A stretch of 64,000 nt of DNA, from contig CAYJVR010000001.1 of NCBI GenBank assembly GCA_964373715.1, positions 333,888-397,887 on the forward strand. Reading direction: 5' to 3'. Under the pieces are notes generated by a model. The model did not search any database, was not told where the DNA came from, and saw only the letters and a program-made list of their open reading frames with translations. The first letter of the stretch is position 1. Each line of letters opens with the position of its first letter. Shown piece after piece: positions 17,962 to 27,503 of this stretch. The stretch is from an uncultured Planctomycetia bacterium. GTDB lineage: Bacteria > Omnitrophota > Gorgyraeia > 1-14-0-20-64-10. The position numbers and the translations under genes were made by a program.

Positions 17962-19190
17962 GATCGGACAAGCTCTCTGTATAGCTTCTCGAACCGGCCG
18001 GTCTGGAGCCCTTCGCTGTATTCCCGTTCGCAGACCTCCCGGCATCTGAGTCCCATCCGTGTCCGCAGAGGGTCGTCCTCCAGCAGCAGCAGTATCCCTT
18101 TCGCCAGGTCCTCCGTGCTGCCCGGTGAAGCGGCGTACCCCGTTTCCATCTGGCGGACCGCTTCCGGGACCCCTCCGACTGCGAAGGAGACAACCGGCGT
18201 CCCGCAAGCCATGCTTTCCAGTATCCCGTTGGGCAAGTTATCCGCGAGCGTGGGGAGCACGAAGAGGTCGGCGGCCGAATAGGCGAGCGCCAGCGCGGCG
18301 TCGTTCGAGATGTTCCCAAAACACTTTACCTCGACCGGTGTTTCCGGCCGGAACGATTCCGCCCCTTCCCCCACGATGAAAAGGACCGTCTCTTTCAACG
18401 CCGGCACGATCATCGCCAGCGCTTCCTTCAGGTGTCCCGCCCCTTTCCGTTTGGACTGGATCGAGGGGGCGCTGAAGAGAATGACTTTCCGTCCGGGATC
18501 TATACCGAACTTTTTTTTCGCCTCGGGTTTCGCGGTTGGTGTGAAAACCTCGATGTCCAGGCCGTTCGGGATGAAGCGCAGATCAAACCCTCCGAGCAGA
18601 GGGCTTTGCTTTGCCAGTCCGGCGAGCCATTTCGAAGGACAGACGATCGTCAGCCTTGAACGACCGTAGATCTGTTTTTTTGTGTTCCACAGCAGGCGCG
18701 TGGTGTCCCGGGACAGCGAAGGATACTCCTCGGGGTGCGGGCAGCTGCCGCAGCCGGTCTTCCAGCGCTCACATTCGTAGGAGTATGAGCAGTGTCCGGT
18801 AAACGCCCACATGTCCGAGAGCCTCCAGACGACCGGTTTGCTGCGACTTAACGGCACAAGGGTTTTGTGGCTGAAATAGCCGCCGTGGGTGTTGAAGACC
18901 TGAATCAAATCGGCTTCCCTGACCCAGCGCATGCCGGGTATGAAGAGGGATGAGGGGTAGAAAAGGTAATGGAACCCGGCCCGATCAAAGAGAGAACCGG
19001 TGAACTGGTCGATCCGGCTTAAGCGCCCGCCGAGAACGCGCACATCCGGGTCGTCCAACGATTTGTGGCCGACCAGCATGCGGGAATCCACGCCGATTTT
19101 CTTCAGGCCCTTGTGCAGGCGGTAGGCCGCCCTCCCGGAACCGCCGGCATTGTCCCATGTGCTGATGTGGAGAACGCGCAGAGGTTTCAA
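17958..19190 (-). CDS. GT4 (GT-B) glycosyltransferase
   Basis: 410 aa. N-terminal MKPLRVLHISTWDNAGG and C-terminal …ADLFVLPTLADNLPNGILESMACGTPVVSFAVGG. Confidence 0.7.
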   Translation of the reverse strand: MKPLRVLHISTWDNAGGSGRAAYRLHKGLKKIGVDSRMLVGHKSLDDPDVRVLGGRLSRIDQFTGSLFDRAGFHYLFYPSSLFIPGMRWVREADLIQVFNTHGGYFSHKTLVPLSRSKPVVWRLSDMWAFTGHCSYSYECERWKTGCGSCPHPEEYPSLSRDTTRLLWNTKKQIYGRSRLTIVCPSKWLAGLAKQSPLLGGFDLRFIPNGLDIEVFTPTAKPEAKKKFGIDPGRKVILFSAPSIQSKRKGAGHLKEALAMIVPALKETVLFIVGEGAESFRPETPVEVKCFGNISNDAALALAYSAADLFVLPTLADNLPNGILESMACGTPVVSFAVGGVPEAVRQMETGYAASPGSTEDLAKGILLLLEDDPLRTRMGLRCREVCEREYSEGLQTGRFEKLYRELVRS

Positions 19191-19196
19191 CGGCAG

Positions 19197-20489
19197 TCAA
19201 GTTTTCGGGGCCAGCTCGGAACCGGCTGGCTGCCAGTCCCAGGAATGGGGCACGGCCACGCTTCCCCATGAGTTTCCGGATGGGAGAACCAAGAGACCGC
19301 TGGAGCCGTCGTCAATCACCGAGAACTGACCCGCTCTAGAAATCTGATCGGCAACCCCCTCCAGGCCCCGGTCTGTTTTCAGCGCGGCGGTAACCCAGTA
19401 CTTGCCGGGCAATAGAGGCAAGCTTTTGACGCGGCAGACAATCTGCCCTTTTGGCGCGATGTCTCGGAACGATCTAAGCTGGGACATCGCTGTTGTGCAG
19501 GAAAACACGTTGACGCCGCTGATATCCGTTATGCCAATCATCGCGATCAAGTGGGGGATCGAAACGTTTTCTCGGGCTTTATAACCGATGATGAACTCCG
19601 CTTGGTTACATGACCTGAGAAGCCCCGCTTCACCCCCCGGACCGGCCGCTTCAAAACTTGTCACGCGGACGTCTCCCGCTCCGATACGATCCTTCCGATC
19701 GGCCAGACAGCAGGCGCCGGGCATCATCTGTTCTTCGGCGTATTGTGTGTAAGCTTGTATGACCTCGTCCGGTTTCCCGATCGTGTGGATTCTGCCGCTT
19801 TGGAGCATCATTGCTTTGGAGCAGAACGATCGTACGGCGCTCATATTATGGCTGACGAAAAGGACCGTTCGGCCGCCCGAAGCGACTTCATCCATCTTAT
19901 TCAAACATTTTTCCTGGAACGCCATGTCTCCTACGGCAAGCACCTCGTCAATCAGGAAAATCTCCGGTTCCAAGTGCGCGGCGATTGCAAACGCCAGGCG
20001 GACCTGCATGCCGCTCGAGTAGCGCTTCATCGGAGTATCGATGAACATGCTGACGCCTGAAAAATCTACAATCTCATCGAACTTTCTGTTGATCTCGCGG
20101 CGGTTCATTCCCAAGATAGCGCCGGAAAGGTAAACATTGTCCCTGCCTGAGAGCTCGGGATGAAAACCTGTGCCGACCTCCAAAAGAGAGCCGACGCGGC
20201 CTCGGATAGAAACTTGCCCCTCGGTCGGCTCGGTGATTCTGGAAAGGATCTTCAGAAGTGTGGATTTTCCGGTGCCGTTTGTGCCGATGATACCCAGCAC
20301 CTCCCCCTTCTTCACATCGAACGTCACATCTCTCAGTGCCCAAATTCTCTGATCCACCGATTTGCCATTCCTCCGAAAGAATCCTGTCACGCCTTCGGAA
20401 ACGGTATCCCGGAGTGACTTGTACCTTTCCCGCGAGCCTATCCGGTATTGTTTGCCGAGCCCTTCGGATCGAATGACGATATCGCTCAT
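19197..20489 (-). CDS. wzt: Polysaccharide ABC exporter ATP-binding protein (Wzt/TagH family) with ~180-aa C-terminal extension (putative carbohydrate-binding domain)
   Basis: Start at MSDIVIRSEGLGKQY. Walker A GTNGTGKST, signature YSSGMQVRLAFA, Walker B/D-loop LIDEVLAVGD. The roughly 180 residues after the NBD are non-ABC, like the O-antigen-terminus-binding domain of Wzt. Confidence 0.75.
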   Translation of the reverse strand: MSDIVIRSEGLGKQYRIGSRERYKSLRDTVSEGVTGFFRRNGKSVDQRIWALRDVTFDVKKGEVLGIIGTNGTGKSTLLKILSRITEPTEGQVSIRGRVGSLLEVGTGFHPELSGRDNVYLSGAILGMNRREINRKFDEIVDFSGVSMFIDTPMKRYSSGMQVRLAFAIAAHLEPEIFLIDEVLAVGDMAFQEKCLNKMDEVASGGRTVLFVSHNMSAVRSFCSKAMMLQSGRIHTIGKPDEVIQAYTQYAEEQMMPGACCLADRKDRIGAGDVRVTSFEAAGPGGEAGLLRSCNQAEFIIGYKARENVSIPHLIAMIGITDISGVNVFSCTTAMSQLRSFRDIAPKGQIVCRVKSLPLLPGKYWVTAALKTDRGLEGVADQISRAGQFSVIDDGSSGLLVLPSGNSWGSVAVPHSWDWQPAGSELAPKT

Positions 20490-22228
20490 CGAGGCCCTCC
20501 GCCTGCAGAAAGCGATACAGAGGAGATCGCAGCGTCTTCGGCCAAACGGCAACGGGTTTCCGGCTCACTGCAGAGATAATCGGGCTCTGCGGACGATGCA
20601 GCCCACTCGGAAAAGGCGTTGAGATCCTCGGCCTTTAAGAGCTGATCGAAAGAGGTCAAGCACAGCTTGAAGTCGTGGGCGAGGGGGTTTCCGTCCAACG
20701 CGCGATAAAGGAGCTCGAAACTACGGAAACGCCAGGGGCGTACTTTAAAGAGCGTGTAAGCATGCCGCCTGGCCAAATCAATCTGCTCAGGCGTCATGGG
20801 GGGTATCCTGTCAATGGATCTGACCTTTGACAGATAGTCCTCCTGAGAGGCCGAATCAAACGTGAAACCGAGGCCTGCGTACCTGCCGGTGCCGGCCGTC
20901 AAGACAGGGATCCCGTGACACGGCATCTCGATGCCGATGGTCCCTCGGACGGTCAGACAGTAATCGGCTAATGAAAAAAGCGAATAGGTAGAGATTTTCG
21001 TCTCGGGCATCATGAGCTTGATGTGCCCGGGGAGTTTTCCGAAACGGGACCGAATCGCGGTGATATCGCTGACTTCCCCTGTCTTTCCTATCAATTTCAG
21101 CTTCCAGACATAGTCTGGGTGAATCTTGACTATCCAGTTGACCCGGGGATTGTCGGAGGCGGCCCGTACGGTCTCCAGGAGCCACTCTTCATAGCTGTCG
21201 AAAAGGCTTTCTCCGAAAAAGAAGGTGGCGTCCCAGAGCACATGGGAAAAGATGACCGCAGTTTTCTTGCCGCGGTCCAAACCGAGATCCGATGCAACCT
21301 CGCCGGGATCTTGGATCACCTTGTCATTCGTCGTGTATTTTCTGTCGAACCAGGTGCCGGACGCGTAGCGGTTTTTCAAATCATCTAAAATATCTTCGTT
21401 CCGCCCGGCAGGCCATGGGGCGGAACGGATGGCGTTCCATGTTTTCGGCGACACGGAAAACGGATGCAGGCTTTTCGTGTCTCTTGAATACCGCTTGAGT
21501 ATAAACGCTCCCTTGGATTGCGCTCCCACCCATTGAAGCGTGTCCACTCCCCTGGCAAGCGCACTATCGAAAATTTCCCCGTAGGGGGTATAGCCCCGCT
21601 CGTTGACTAAGACTTTTTGAGGATGAATGCGGTCGAACAGCTTTTCAGCCGCCAGCACCGCTTGAAGCGATTTAGGGAGCCATTCCGCCAGAAACGCAAC
21701 GACGGCTGGATTTTTCAGATTGACGGAGCCCACGAGCATGTTCCTGGTCAGCGTCGAGAGCAGGTGGCGGCCGACCTCCGAGCCTCTGTAAGACAGATGC
21801 ATGAGCGTTTTGAAATCCAGCGGTTCGCTGAGAATCCGGGCTGCATCTTGCGCAGCTTGCCGCGAGATGGCGCCGTCTACCAGATCCTCCATGAAGATAA
21901 ACCGGCGGATGCCGAATGAGCGGAAATACTGCGGCGCGTACCGGCAGGCCCTGTACGTCAAAATCACGGGCGAAAATCCCTTCAATTGCAGGGATTTTGC
22001 GAGCAACCCTTCGATCTTGTTCTGCTGTGGAAAATCAGCAAGGCTGACGACAAGCACGCTGCCGTCTTTTTCCATGGAAACGTCTGGGCCGAGGACAGCT
22101 CGGTGCCTGTAGCTGAACGACCAGCAGTCCGACTGCAATCTCCAAGCCTGATTGAACCGGCGGGGATCCCTCACAGCCTCCGTCAATTTTCTAGCAAGAC
22201 TCCGGTTTTTGAAATAGGATGTTTTCAT
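20486..22228 (-). CDS. KpsS/KpsC-like Capsule_synth-domain protein (retaining beta-Kdo-transferase-like glycosyltransferase family)
   Basis: 580 aa. The C-terminal half …WIVKIHPDYVWKLK…LADYCLTVRGTIGIEMPCHGIPVLTAGTGRYAG follows the KpsS pattern (…VIKHHP…AKAVVTINSTAGISALIHNKPLKVMGNALY). Assigned from recalled family motifs only. Confidence 0.45.
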   Translation of the reverse strand: MKTSYFKNRSLARKLTEAVRDPRRFNQAWRLQSDCWSFSYRHRAVLGPDVSMEKDGSVLVVSLADFPQQNKIEGLLAKSLQLKGFSPVILTYRACRYAPQYFRSFGIRRFIFMEDLVDGAISRQAAQDAARILSEPLDFKTLMHLSYRGSEVGRHLLSTLTRNMLVGSVNLKNPAVVAFLAEWLPKSLQAVLAAEKLFDRIHPQKVLVNERGYTPYGEIFDSALARGVDTLQWVGAQSKGAFILKRYSRDTKSLHPFSVSPKTWNAIRSAPWPAGRNEDILDDLKNRYASGTWFDRKYTTNDKVIQDPGEVASDLGLDRGKKTAVIFSHVLWDATFFFGESLFDSYEEWLLETVRAASDNPRVNWIVKIHPDYVWKLKLIGKTGEVSDITAIRSRFGKLPGHIKLMMPETKISTYSLFSLADYCLTVRGTIGIEMPCHGIPVLTAGTGRYAGLGFTFDSASQEDYLSKVRSIDRIPPMTPEQIDLARRHAYTLFKVRPWRFRSFELLYRALDGNPLAHDFKLCLTSFDQLLKAEDLNAFSEWAASSAEPDYLCSEPETRCRLAEDAAISSVSLSAGGGPR

Positions 22229-22905
22229 CTTTTTTCTAGGAGCGCCTCGGCGATCTTAAGGTCGGCCATCGAATCAATATCCACAGATTCGAGCGGCTCC
22301 ATGATGAGAGGAACACACCTGGATCCATACAGCCCTTTTTCTTCTAAAACCAACCGCCAGACGGCGAGGACGGCAGGGCCGTTGCGCGCATACCGGGCCG
22401 GTTTATCCTGCCGCTGGAGTGCCGTTCTCTTGCCCGGAAGCGGCAGAAGCCGTCCGTTCTTGATCTCCATTTGGCAAGGTGCTAGGAACTGGTGCGGAAC
22501 CGGGATGACGCTTACCACGGAGTCGGCCTTGCTGTCGATCAGCAGTCGGACAGCCGAATCAATGTGGCTTGCCTTCCTCAGAGGTGACGTGGGCTGGAGC
22601 AGCACCACAACGTCAGGTCGTGCGCTGGAAACGGCCTTCACTGCGTGCCGGAGTACGGCCAGCATAGGCGTGCCATCTGCGGCCAGCTTCGCGGGGCGCA
22701 GGAACGGGACCTCCACGCCGTGCCGCTGAGCGCAGGAGGCGATCTCCTTGCTGTCCGTGCTGACGATAACACGGGTAAGGCTTTTGGCAGAAAGCGCCTG
22801 TTCGCATGTGTGAACCAGAAGGGGTTTACCCGCCAATGGAATGAGATTCTTGTTCGGAATTCCCTTCGATCCGCCGCGAGCCGGGATGACGCCCAGGACC
22901 TTCAT
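22225..22905 (-). CDS. CMP-nonulosonic acid synthetase (NeuA/PseF/LegF acylneuraminate cytidylyltransferase family)
   Basis: Start at MKVLGVIPARGGSKGIPNKNL. IPARGGSKGIP-NKN is the NeuA/PseF signature, in contrast to KdsB IPARxxSxRLPGK. Confidence 0.75.
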   Translation of the reverse strand: MKVLGVIPARGGSKGIPNKNLIPLAGKPLLVHTCEQALSAKSLTRVIVSTDSKEIASCAQRHGVEVPFLRPAKLAADGTPMLAVLRHAVKAVSSARPDVVVLLQPTSPLRKASHIDSAVRLLIDSKADSVVSVIPVPHQFLAPCQMEIKNGRLLPLPGKRTALQRQDKPARYARNGPAVLAVWRLVLEEKGLYGSRCVPLIMEPLESVDIDSMADLKIAEALLEKR

Positions 22906-24014
22906 TGTTTTCTCCGGGACTTGCTCATGAGGATGTCCAGGAGGTAGTTCCGCCCTCGGCTGCCAACAAGGGCTAAACCAAGCGTTGTTGCCCCTAGGAT
23001 CCACTTCCTCCGTTTCAGATAAGGCAACGCCAGCTCCGCCAGCCCTTTTTCCCTCTGGTAAGGATCGGAGAGGAGCGCGGAACCAAGCGCTCGATGGAAA
23101 CAGCGATCTGCTTCCGGCCGGTTCCCGAGCTTGCGGTAAGCCTCCGCGGCCATGAAGAAAAGGCGGTGTCTATTCCCCCGGTTGCTGGCGCTGAGCAATT
23201 CTGCCGTCACTTCATTGAGGATCTTATCCGCCTCCTCCGGCTCGCCGCACTCCATGGCCTGCCGGATCCGTACCGCGGGGCCAACATCCTCTCTCGGGAA
23301 CCTGCCGTCGATGGGAGGATGGTCCAGTGTTGGAGGCAGAGCAAAAAATACGGCATTGGAACGGATATTCCTCCGCTCCGCGAAGTTTTTGCGGGCTGAG
23401 ACAACCGCCGGGTTTGCTTCAGCCGAACCAACGAGGGAAATATCCAACCTCTGCTGCGCAGCCCATGCGAGAAACTCTCTGGCTTCCGATGAAGCCTCTT
23501 GTTCATCGACAAAGGAGATGTCCTGAAGGAACACATGGCCGTTGATTCGGGGAAACAGCTTCTCGATGTACCATTGAGCGAAGAAATCCTCGTGACAGCT
23601 GTCCAGCAGGACAAAGTTCACCCTGCCGGGCACCTGCTCCGTCGTATGGCGAGCGTCGCCTAAATGCAGAACCAAGCGATTTTGATCCCATTCCCTGCAT
23701 TGGTTTCCGCGGATGACCAACTCTGAGGATTTGCAACCGATTCGCTTTTTGAGCTCAAAAGAATGGAGAGTTCCCGTCCCGTTGGCTGTCAGAGCGGCCA
23801 AGATATAATTTGTTGACCAACCGGTATCCGGAGAGATCTCAAAAACCACCTTGGGCTGCGATTCCCTTAAGGTCAGGTAAAGGATCTCTCCTTCCACGTC
23901 CCCAAAGGTGGTGTTGTAGCCGCGTTTCCGCATGGCATGATATTGCTCGCGAAGCTTTCTAGAAAGCGACAGCAGCTCTGGAGCGTATTTTCGGTAAAGG
24001 CTCTCTACCTGCAT
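22902..24014 (-). CDS. Class I SAM-dependent methyltransferase (TylF/O-MT family 3-like) with TPR-like C-terminal extension and a C-terminal hydrophobic helix
   Basis: 370 aa. Motif I VVFEISPDTGWST, then TLHSFEL and FVLLDS. The C-terminus …AEAYRKLGNRPEADRCFHRAL… is TPR-like and ends in the hydrophobic segment WILGATTLGLALVGS. Confidence 0.5.
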   Translation of the reverse strand: MQVESLYRKYAPELLSLSRKLREQYHAMRKRGYNTTFGDVEGEILYLTLRESQPKVVFEISPDTGWSTNYILAALTANGTGTLHSFELKKRIGCKSSELVIRGNQCREWDQNRLVLHLGDARHTTEQVPGRVNFVLLDSCHEDFFAQWYIEKLFPRINGHVFLQDISFVDEQEASSEAREFLAWAAQQRLDISLVGSAEANPAVVSARKNFAERRNIRSNAVFFALPPTLDHPPIDGRFPREDVGPAVRIRQAMECGEPEEADKILNEVTAELLSASNRGNRHRLFFMAAEAYRKLGNRPEADRCFHRALGSALLSDPYQREKGLAELALPYLKRRKWILGATTLGLALVGSRGRNYLLDILMSKSRRKQ

Positions 24015-25165
24015 CAGTAATTGATCTTTTTTTGAATAACCGGGTTAGAGGTGGCTAAAATTTCGGAGATCTGTATACCCGCCCGTCCGTCCCCGTAAAT
24101 CGGCTCGGAGGCTCGCCGACGGTTGCGTATCTGCGCTTGAATGGCAGCGGTGATCTCGTCCTGGCTGTATCCGACGTCTATGACGTTCGAACCGCGCTGC
24201 CGCCCTTGCTGGCGTGTTCCGATATTGACCGCCGGAAGACCCAAGAAAGCTCCCTCCCGAATTGCGGCGCTTGAGTTTCCTACAATACAGCTGGTCTTTG
24301 TCATTAATTTGATGTACGTTTCGAACGGTATGTGTTTGAAGAAGTGCATTTTCGAAGCGTTTTGGTGCTCCCGAAATTTTCGGATCCCCTGAGCCACATG
24401 CTCGGAGCCGGCGTCCGCGTTGGGCCAGAGAATGATGGCAGGATAGCCGCACTGGGAGACGGCAGAAAGGGTCTCCGTGATATGCTGCTCCCCTTTCCCG
24501 TACTCGGTGGTCACGGGGTGCTGGGAGACGATGACGAACGGTTCCTCCAAATTGAATTTTTCGCCGACCCCTTCGTGGAACAGTTCTGCACTCAAAACGT
24601 CAATACTTTGCTTCTGTATCTCGGCAACCAGGTCGATTCTGGGGCAGCCTACCATGTGGACCGTCTCAGGCCTCTCCCCCATCCGGATAATCCGCTCGGC
24701 GGCCTCCGAGCAGGCGGGAAAATGGATATGGGCAAATTTGGTGACGGCATGCCGGATTGACTCGTCGATCGTCCCGGAGATTTCCCCTCCCATGGTGTGC
24801 GCTAAGGGGATGTTCATGTACGCGGCCGCCAGCGTTGTCGCCATCGTCTCAAAGCGGTCCCCAACAGTGAGCACAATGTCAGGCTTTAACTGCTCGAAGA
24901 CGGTCGGCAGTTCCAGCAGACCCAGGCCGGTCGATTTTGCCATCGTGGTCGGGGTTTCCCCCTCGACCAGCATGTGGACCCGGGCGGCCGGCTTAAAACC
25001 GTCTTTCTCGATCAGATTGACCACCGATCCGTAACGGTCCAGCAGCGCGGAGGCGCAGACCACCACCTGCAGTTGAAGGTCGGAACGGGCCTGGATCGCG
25101 CGCATCGCGCTCTTGATGCTGCTGTAATTCGCACGGGAGCCGACGACCACCGTAATCTTACGCAT
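24014..25165 (-). CDS. UDP-N-acetylglucosamine 2-epimerase (hydrolysing), NeuC/LegG-like
   Basis: Start at MRKITVVVGSRANYSSIKS. …HTMGGEISGTIDESIRHAVTKFAHIHFP…GNSSAAIREG… resembles the NeuC family. The upstream 46 codons of the ORF track are a Cys/Arg-rich artefact. Confidence 0.7.
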   Translation of the reverse strand: MRKITVVVGSRANYSSIKSAMRAIQARSDLQLQVVVCASALLDRYGSVVNLIEKDGFKPAARVHMLVEGETPTTMAKSTGLGLLELPTVFEQLKPDIVLTVGDRFETMATTLAAAYMNIPLAHTMGGEISGTIDESIRHAVTKFAHIHFPACSEAAERIIRMGERPETVHMVGCPRIDLVAEIQKQSIDVLSAELFHEGVGEKFNLEEPFVIVSQHPVTTEYGKGEQHITETLSAVSQCGYPAIILWPNADAGSEHVAQGIRKFREHQNASKMHFFKHIPFETYIKLMTKTSCIVGNSSAAIREGAFLGLPAVNIGTRQQGRQRGSNVIDVGYSQDEITAAIQAQIRNRRRASEPIYGDGRAGIQISEILATSNPVIQKKINY

Positions 25166-26198
25166 GCCGGCGCTCCTTTGTTTTGTGCAAGCCGCTGTGT
25201 TTCCCGTTCCGCAGGTCTTTCCAACGCAGCAGCGTATCGGCCTTGATCGTCCGCCCCGATTTTCTGCCGAGAACCAGAGGCAGTTCCGCTGCAGGAATTC
25301 CACTGCCGGGCTTCTTCACATCGAGCATCTCGGCAGTCAGCGTCGTCCCTTCTGCGACATTGACTCGCGTCACCAAAGACTTCTGAAATATCTGCTTCAT
25401 CGCGCGGTACCGGCCGATCTTGTTCTTGTCGACCGGAGACCCTAGCATCGTCTCAATCGCGCGGATGCCCCTGATCATCTCGGCGAATTCGGCCGGCTCG
25501 AGCGAATGCTTCGCATCGCTGCCGTACATTTTCCGGCTCAGCGTAAAGTGCTTCTCAATCGTTTCGGCGCCCAGCATTGCGGCGGCAAACGCCGCGTAGT
25601 TCGTCAGCGTATGGTCCGAGAGGCCGACCGGCAACCTGTAGCGCTCACGCATCTCCTGCAAAACGTTGAGCCCAACTCTTTCGTAGGGGCACGGGTACTC
25701 GGAGGTGCATTGGAGCACAGTGATCCGTTTCGTGCGCCGCCGGAGTGTTTCCACTGCCTGGTCCAGCTCGGCCCAGGAGTTCATGCCGGAGGAGAGCAGA
25801 ATCGGTTTGCGGGTCGCAACGATCCGCTTGAGCAGAGGAATGTTCGTGACCTCGCCGGAAGGAATCTTGTACCGTTTGACCCCCAACTGCTCGAGCAGCA
25901 CGACCGCTTTCAGCGAGAACGGAGAGCAGAGAAACTCCACGCCTAGCCTTTCGCAGAACGATTTCAAGGTGCGCCATTCGTCCAGAGTAAAGGCGGTTCG
26001 ACGGAAATAGTCGTAGCGGGATTCCTGGGTGAAGTAAGGGGGATTCGGAGCGTTGCGCAGCGTTTCTGCCTCTGCGATGTGCATCTGGAATTTGACCGCA
26101 TCGGCCCCGCAATCGGCAGCCGCCTCAATCAACCGCTGCGCGTTCCCGAAGGATCCGTCGTGAACCGATCCTATCTCGGCAATAACGAAGATTTTCAC
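25158..26198 (-). CDS. Nonulosonic acid synthase (NeuB/LegI/PseI family) with C-terminal SAF domain, second paralogue
   Basis: …KIFVIAEIGSVHDGSFGNAQRLIEAAADCGADAVKFQ…LSSGMNSWAELDQAVE…, then the SAF domain …LVTRVNVAEGTTLTAEMLDVKKPGSGI. Start proposed at the GTG at 26198 (VKIFVIAEIG). The ATG-started track ORF overlaps the upstream gene by 240 nt. Confidence 0.75.
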   Translation of the reverse strand: MKIFVIAEIGSVHDGSFGNAQRLIEAAADCGADAVKFQMHIAEAETLRNAPNPPYFTQESRYDYFRRTAFTLDEWRTLKSFCERLGVEFLCSPFSLKAVVLLEQLGVKRYKIPSGEVTNIPLLKRIVATRKPILLSSGMNSWAELDQAVETLRRRTKRITVLQCTSEYPCPYERVGLNVLQEMRERYRLPVGLSDHTLTNYAAFAAAMLGAETIEKHFTLSRKMYGSDAKHSLEPAEFAEMIRGIRAIETMLGSPVDKNKIGRYRAMKQIFQKSLVTRVNVAEGTTLTAEMLDVKKPGSGIPAAELPLVLGRKSGRTIKADTLLRWKDLRNGKHSGLHKTKERRHA

Positions 26199-26218
26199 CG
26201 TATTGTCGACATTCAGGC

Positions 26219-27502
26219 TCAGGCCTCCCGGTTTAGAACCAGGCGGGGTTTTGGAAGAGGAACGATGAAATCTCCCTTGAACCCCTGTTTCTTTAAATTC
26301 CGGCATAGTTCGGGTGCAATGTGCCAAGAGAGCAGTAACACGTATGGCGGCTGGTCCTGATAAAGCGTTGATTCTTCGAGCACCGGAATCTTCGTGCCCG
26401 GCATGTATTTGTCGAGCTTTTTCGACCCCTTGACCTCCATCACATATTTGACAAGGCAATCATCGAGGCCGACGTAGCTTACCAGCGTGCTCGCCCGCGA
26501 AGGGGCCCCGATCCCGTAGATCAAGGCCCCGCCCCTCTTGAGCCCGTTTAAAAGCTCGTACAGCTCCAGTTTCGAGTTCGAGACCCGGTTCCGGAAGCTC
26601 TCGATCCAGGAGTCACTGTTCAGTCCCGCGACGATTTCTTCGCGCAGGATCGTTTCCACCGAGCCTTCCACCTTGTATTTCGGCGACTTCGAGGCGTAAA
26701 CCCGGATGGATCCGCCGTGGGTCGGGATCTTCTTCACGTGGAAGATCCTGAAACCCCGCGATTCGAGCAGGTATTTCAGGCTTGTCACTGAGTAGTAGCG
26801 CAGGTGCTCGTGGTAGATCGTGTCGTACTGAAGCGTTTCAACCAGGTCCTTCAAGTAATGGGATTCCGAAATAAAAACCCCCTCGTCGCCGGCCAGCACC
26901 TCGATGTTGTCCATCAGTTCGTTGACCCGGTGGATGTGGGCGAAAACGTTGGTTGCCGTGATGATCTTCGGCTGGCCGAACTTCGACTTCACGGCATCAA
27001 CAGCCGCCTTGTTGAAGAAGGTCATTAGCGTCGGTATTCCGCGTTCCTCCGCCATTTTCGCGGTGAGAGAGGGCTCGATGCCGGCAGTCTTGTGGCCTCC
27101 CTGTTTGAAATTGCTCAACAGGGTCCCGTCATTCGAGCCGATGTCCACCGCGAGGTCCTGCGGTCCCAGCCCGACCCTCTGCTGCACCTCCCGGTAGAGA
27201 TCGGCGAAATTCTCCCTCAATATCCGTGTGGTACCGCTGGTGTAGGGGTATTCCGGTGGAAAGAGAATCTCCGGATCCACCGCGTAGCCGAGCTGAACCA
27301 GGTGGCATTTCGGGCAGTAAAGCATCTCGGCCGGGAACCAGGGTTCCTGGTCCGGAATCTGCCCGACAGGAAGCATCCTGTTCACCGGAGGCAGATAACC
27401 GAGAAAGAGCACCGATTTCAGCTCCAGACTCGAACAGACCTGGCACCTTTCGATCGGGCCGTACCGCAGTTCAACACTCTTTTGTTCGGCCGCCGTTTTC
27501 AT
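26219..27502 (-). CDS. NDP-sugar C-methyltransferase-like protein (TylC3/NovU-like; N-terminal zinc ribbon, MT domain, C-MT C-terminal domain)
   Basis: 427 aa. CQVCSS…CPKCH zinc ribbon, then DLAVDIGSNDGTLL (motif I). The length and C-terminal domain are typical of sugar 3-C-methyltransferases. Confidence 0.5.
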   Translation of the reverse strand: MKTAAEQKSVELRYGPIERCQVCSSLELKSVLFLGYLPPVNRMLPVGQIPDQEPWFPAEMLYCPKCHLVQLGYAVDPEILFPPEYPYTSGTTRILRENFADLYREVQQRVGLGPQDLAVDIGSNDGTLLSNFKQGGHKTAGIEPSLTAKMAEERGIPTLMTFFNKAAVDAVKSKFGQPKIITATNVFAHIHRVNELMDNIEVLAGDEGVFISESHYLKDLVETLQYDTIYHEHLRYYSVTSLKYLLESRGFRIFHVKKIPTHGGSIRVYASKSPKYKVEGSVETILREEIVAGLNSDSWIESFRNRVSNSKLELYELLNGLKRGGALIYGIGAPSRASTLVSYVGLDDCLVKYVMEVKGSKKLDKYMPGTKIPVLEESTLYQDQPPYVLLLSWHIAPELCRNLKKQGFKGDFIVPLPKPRLVLNREA

Positions 27503-27503
27503 C

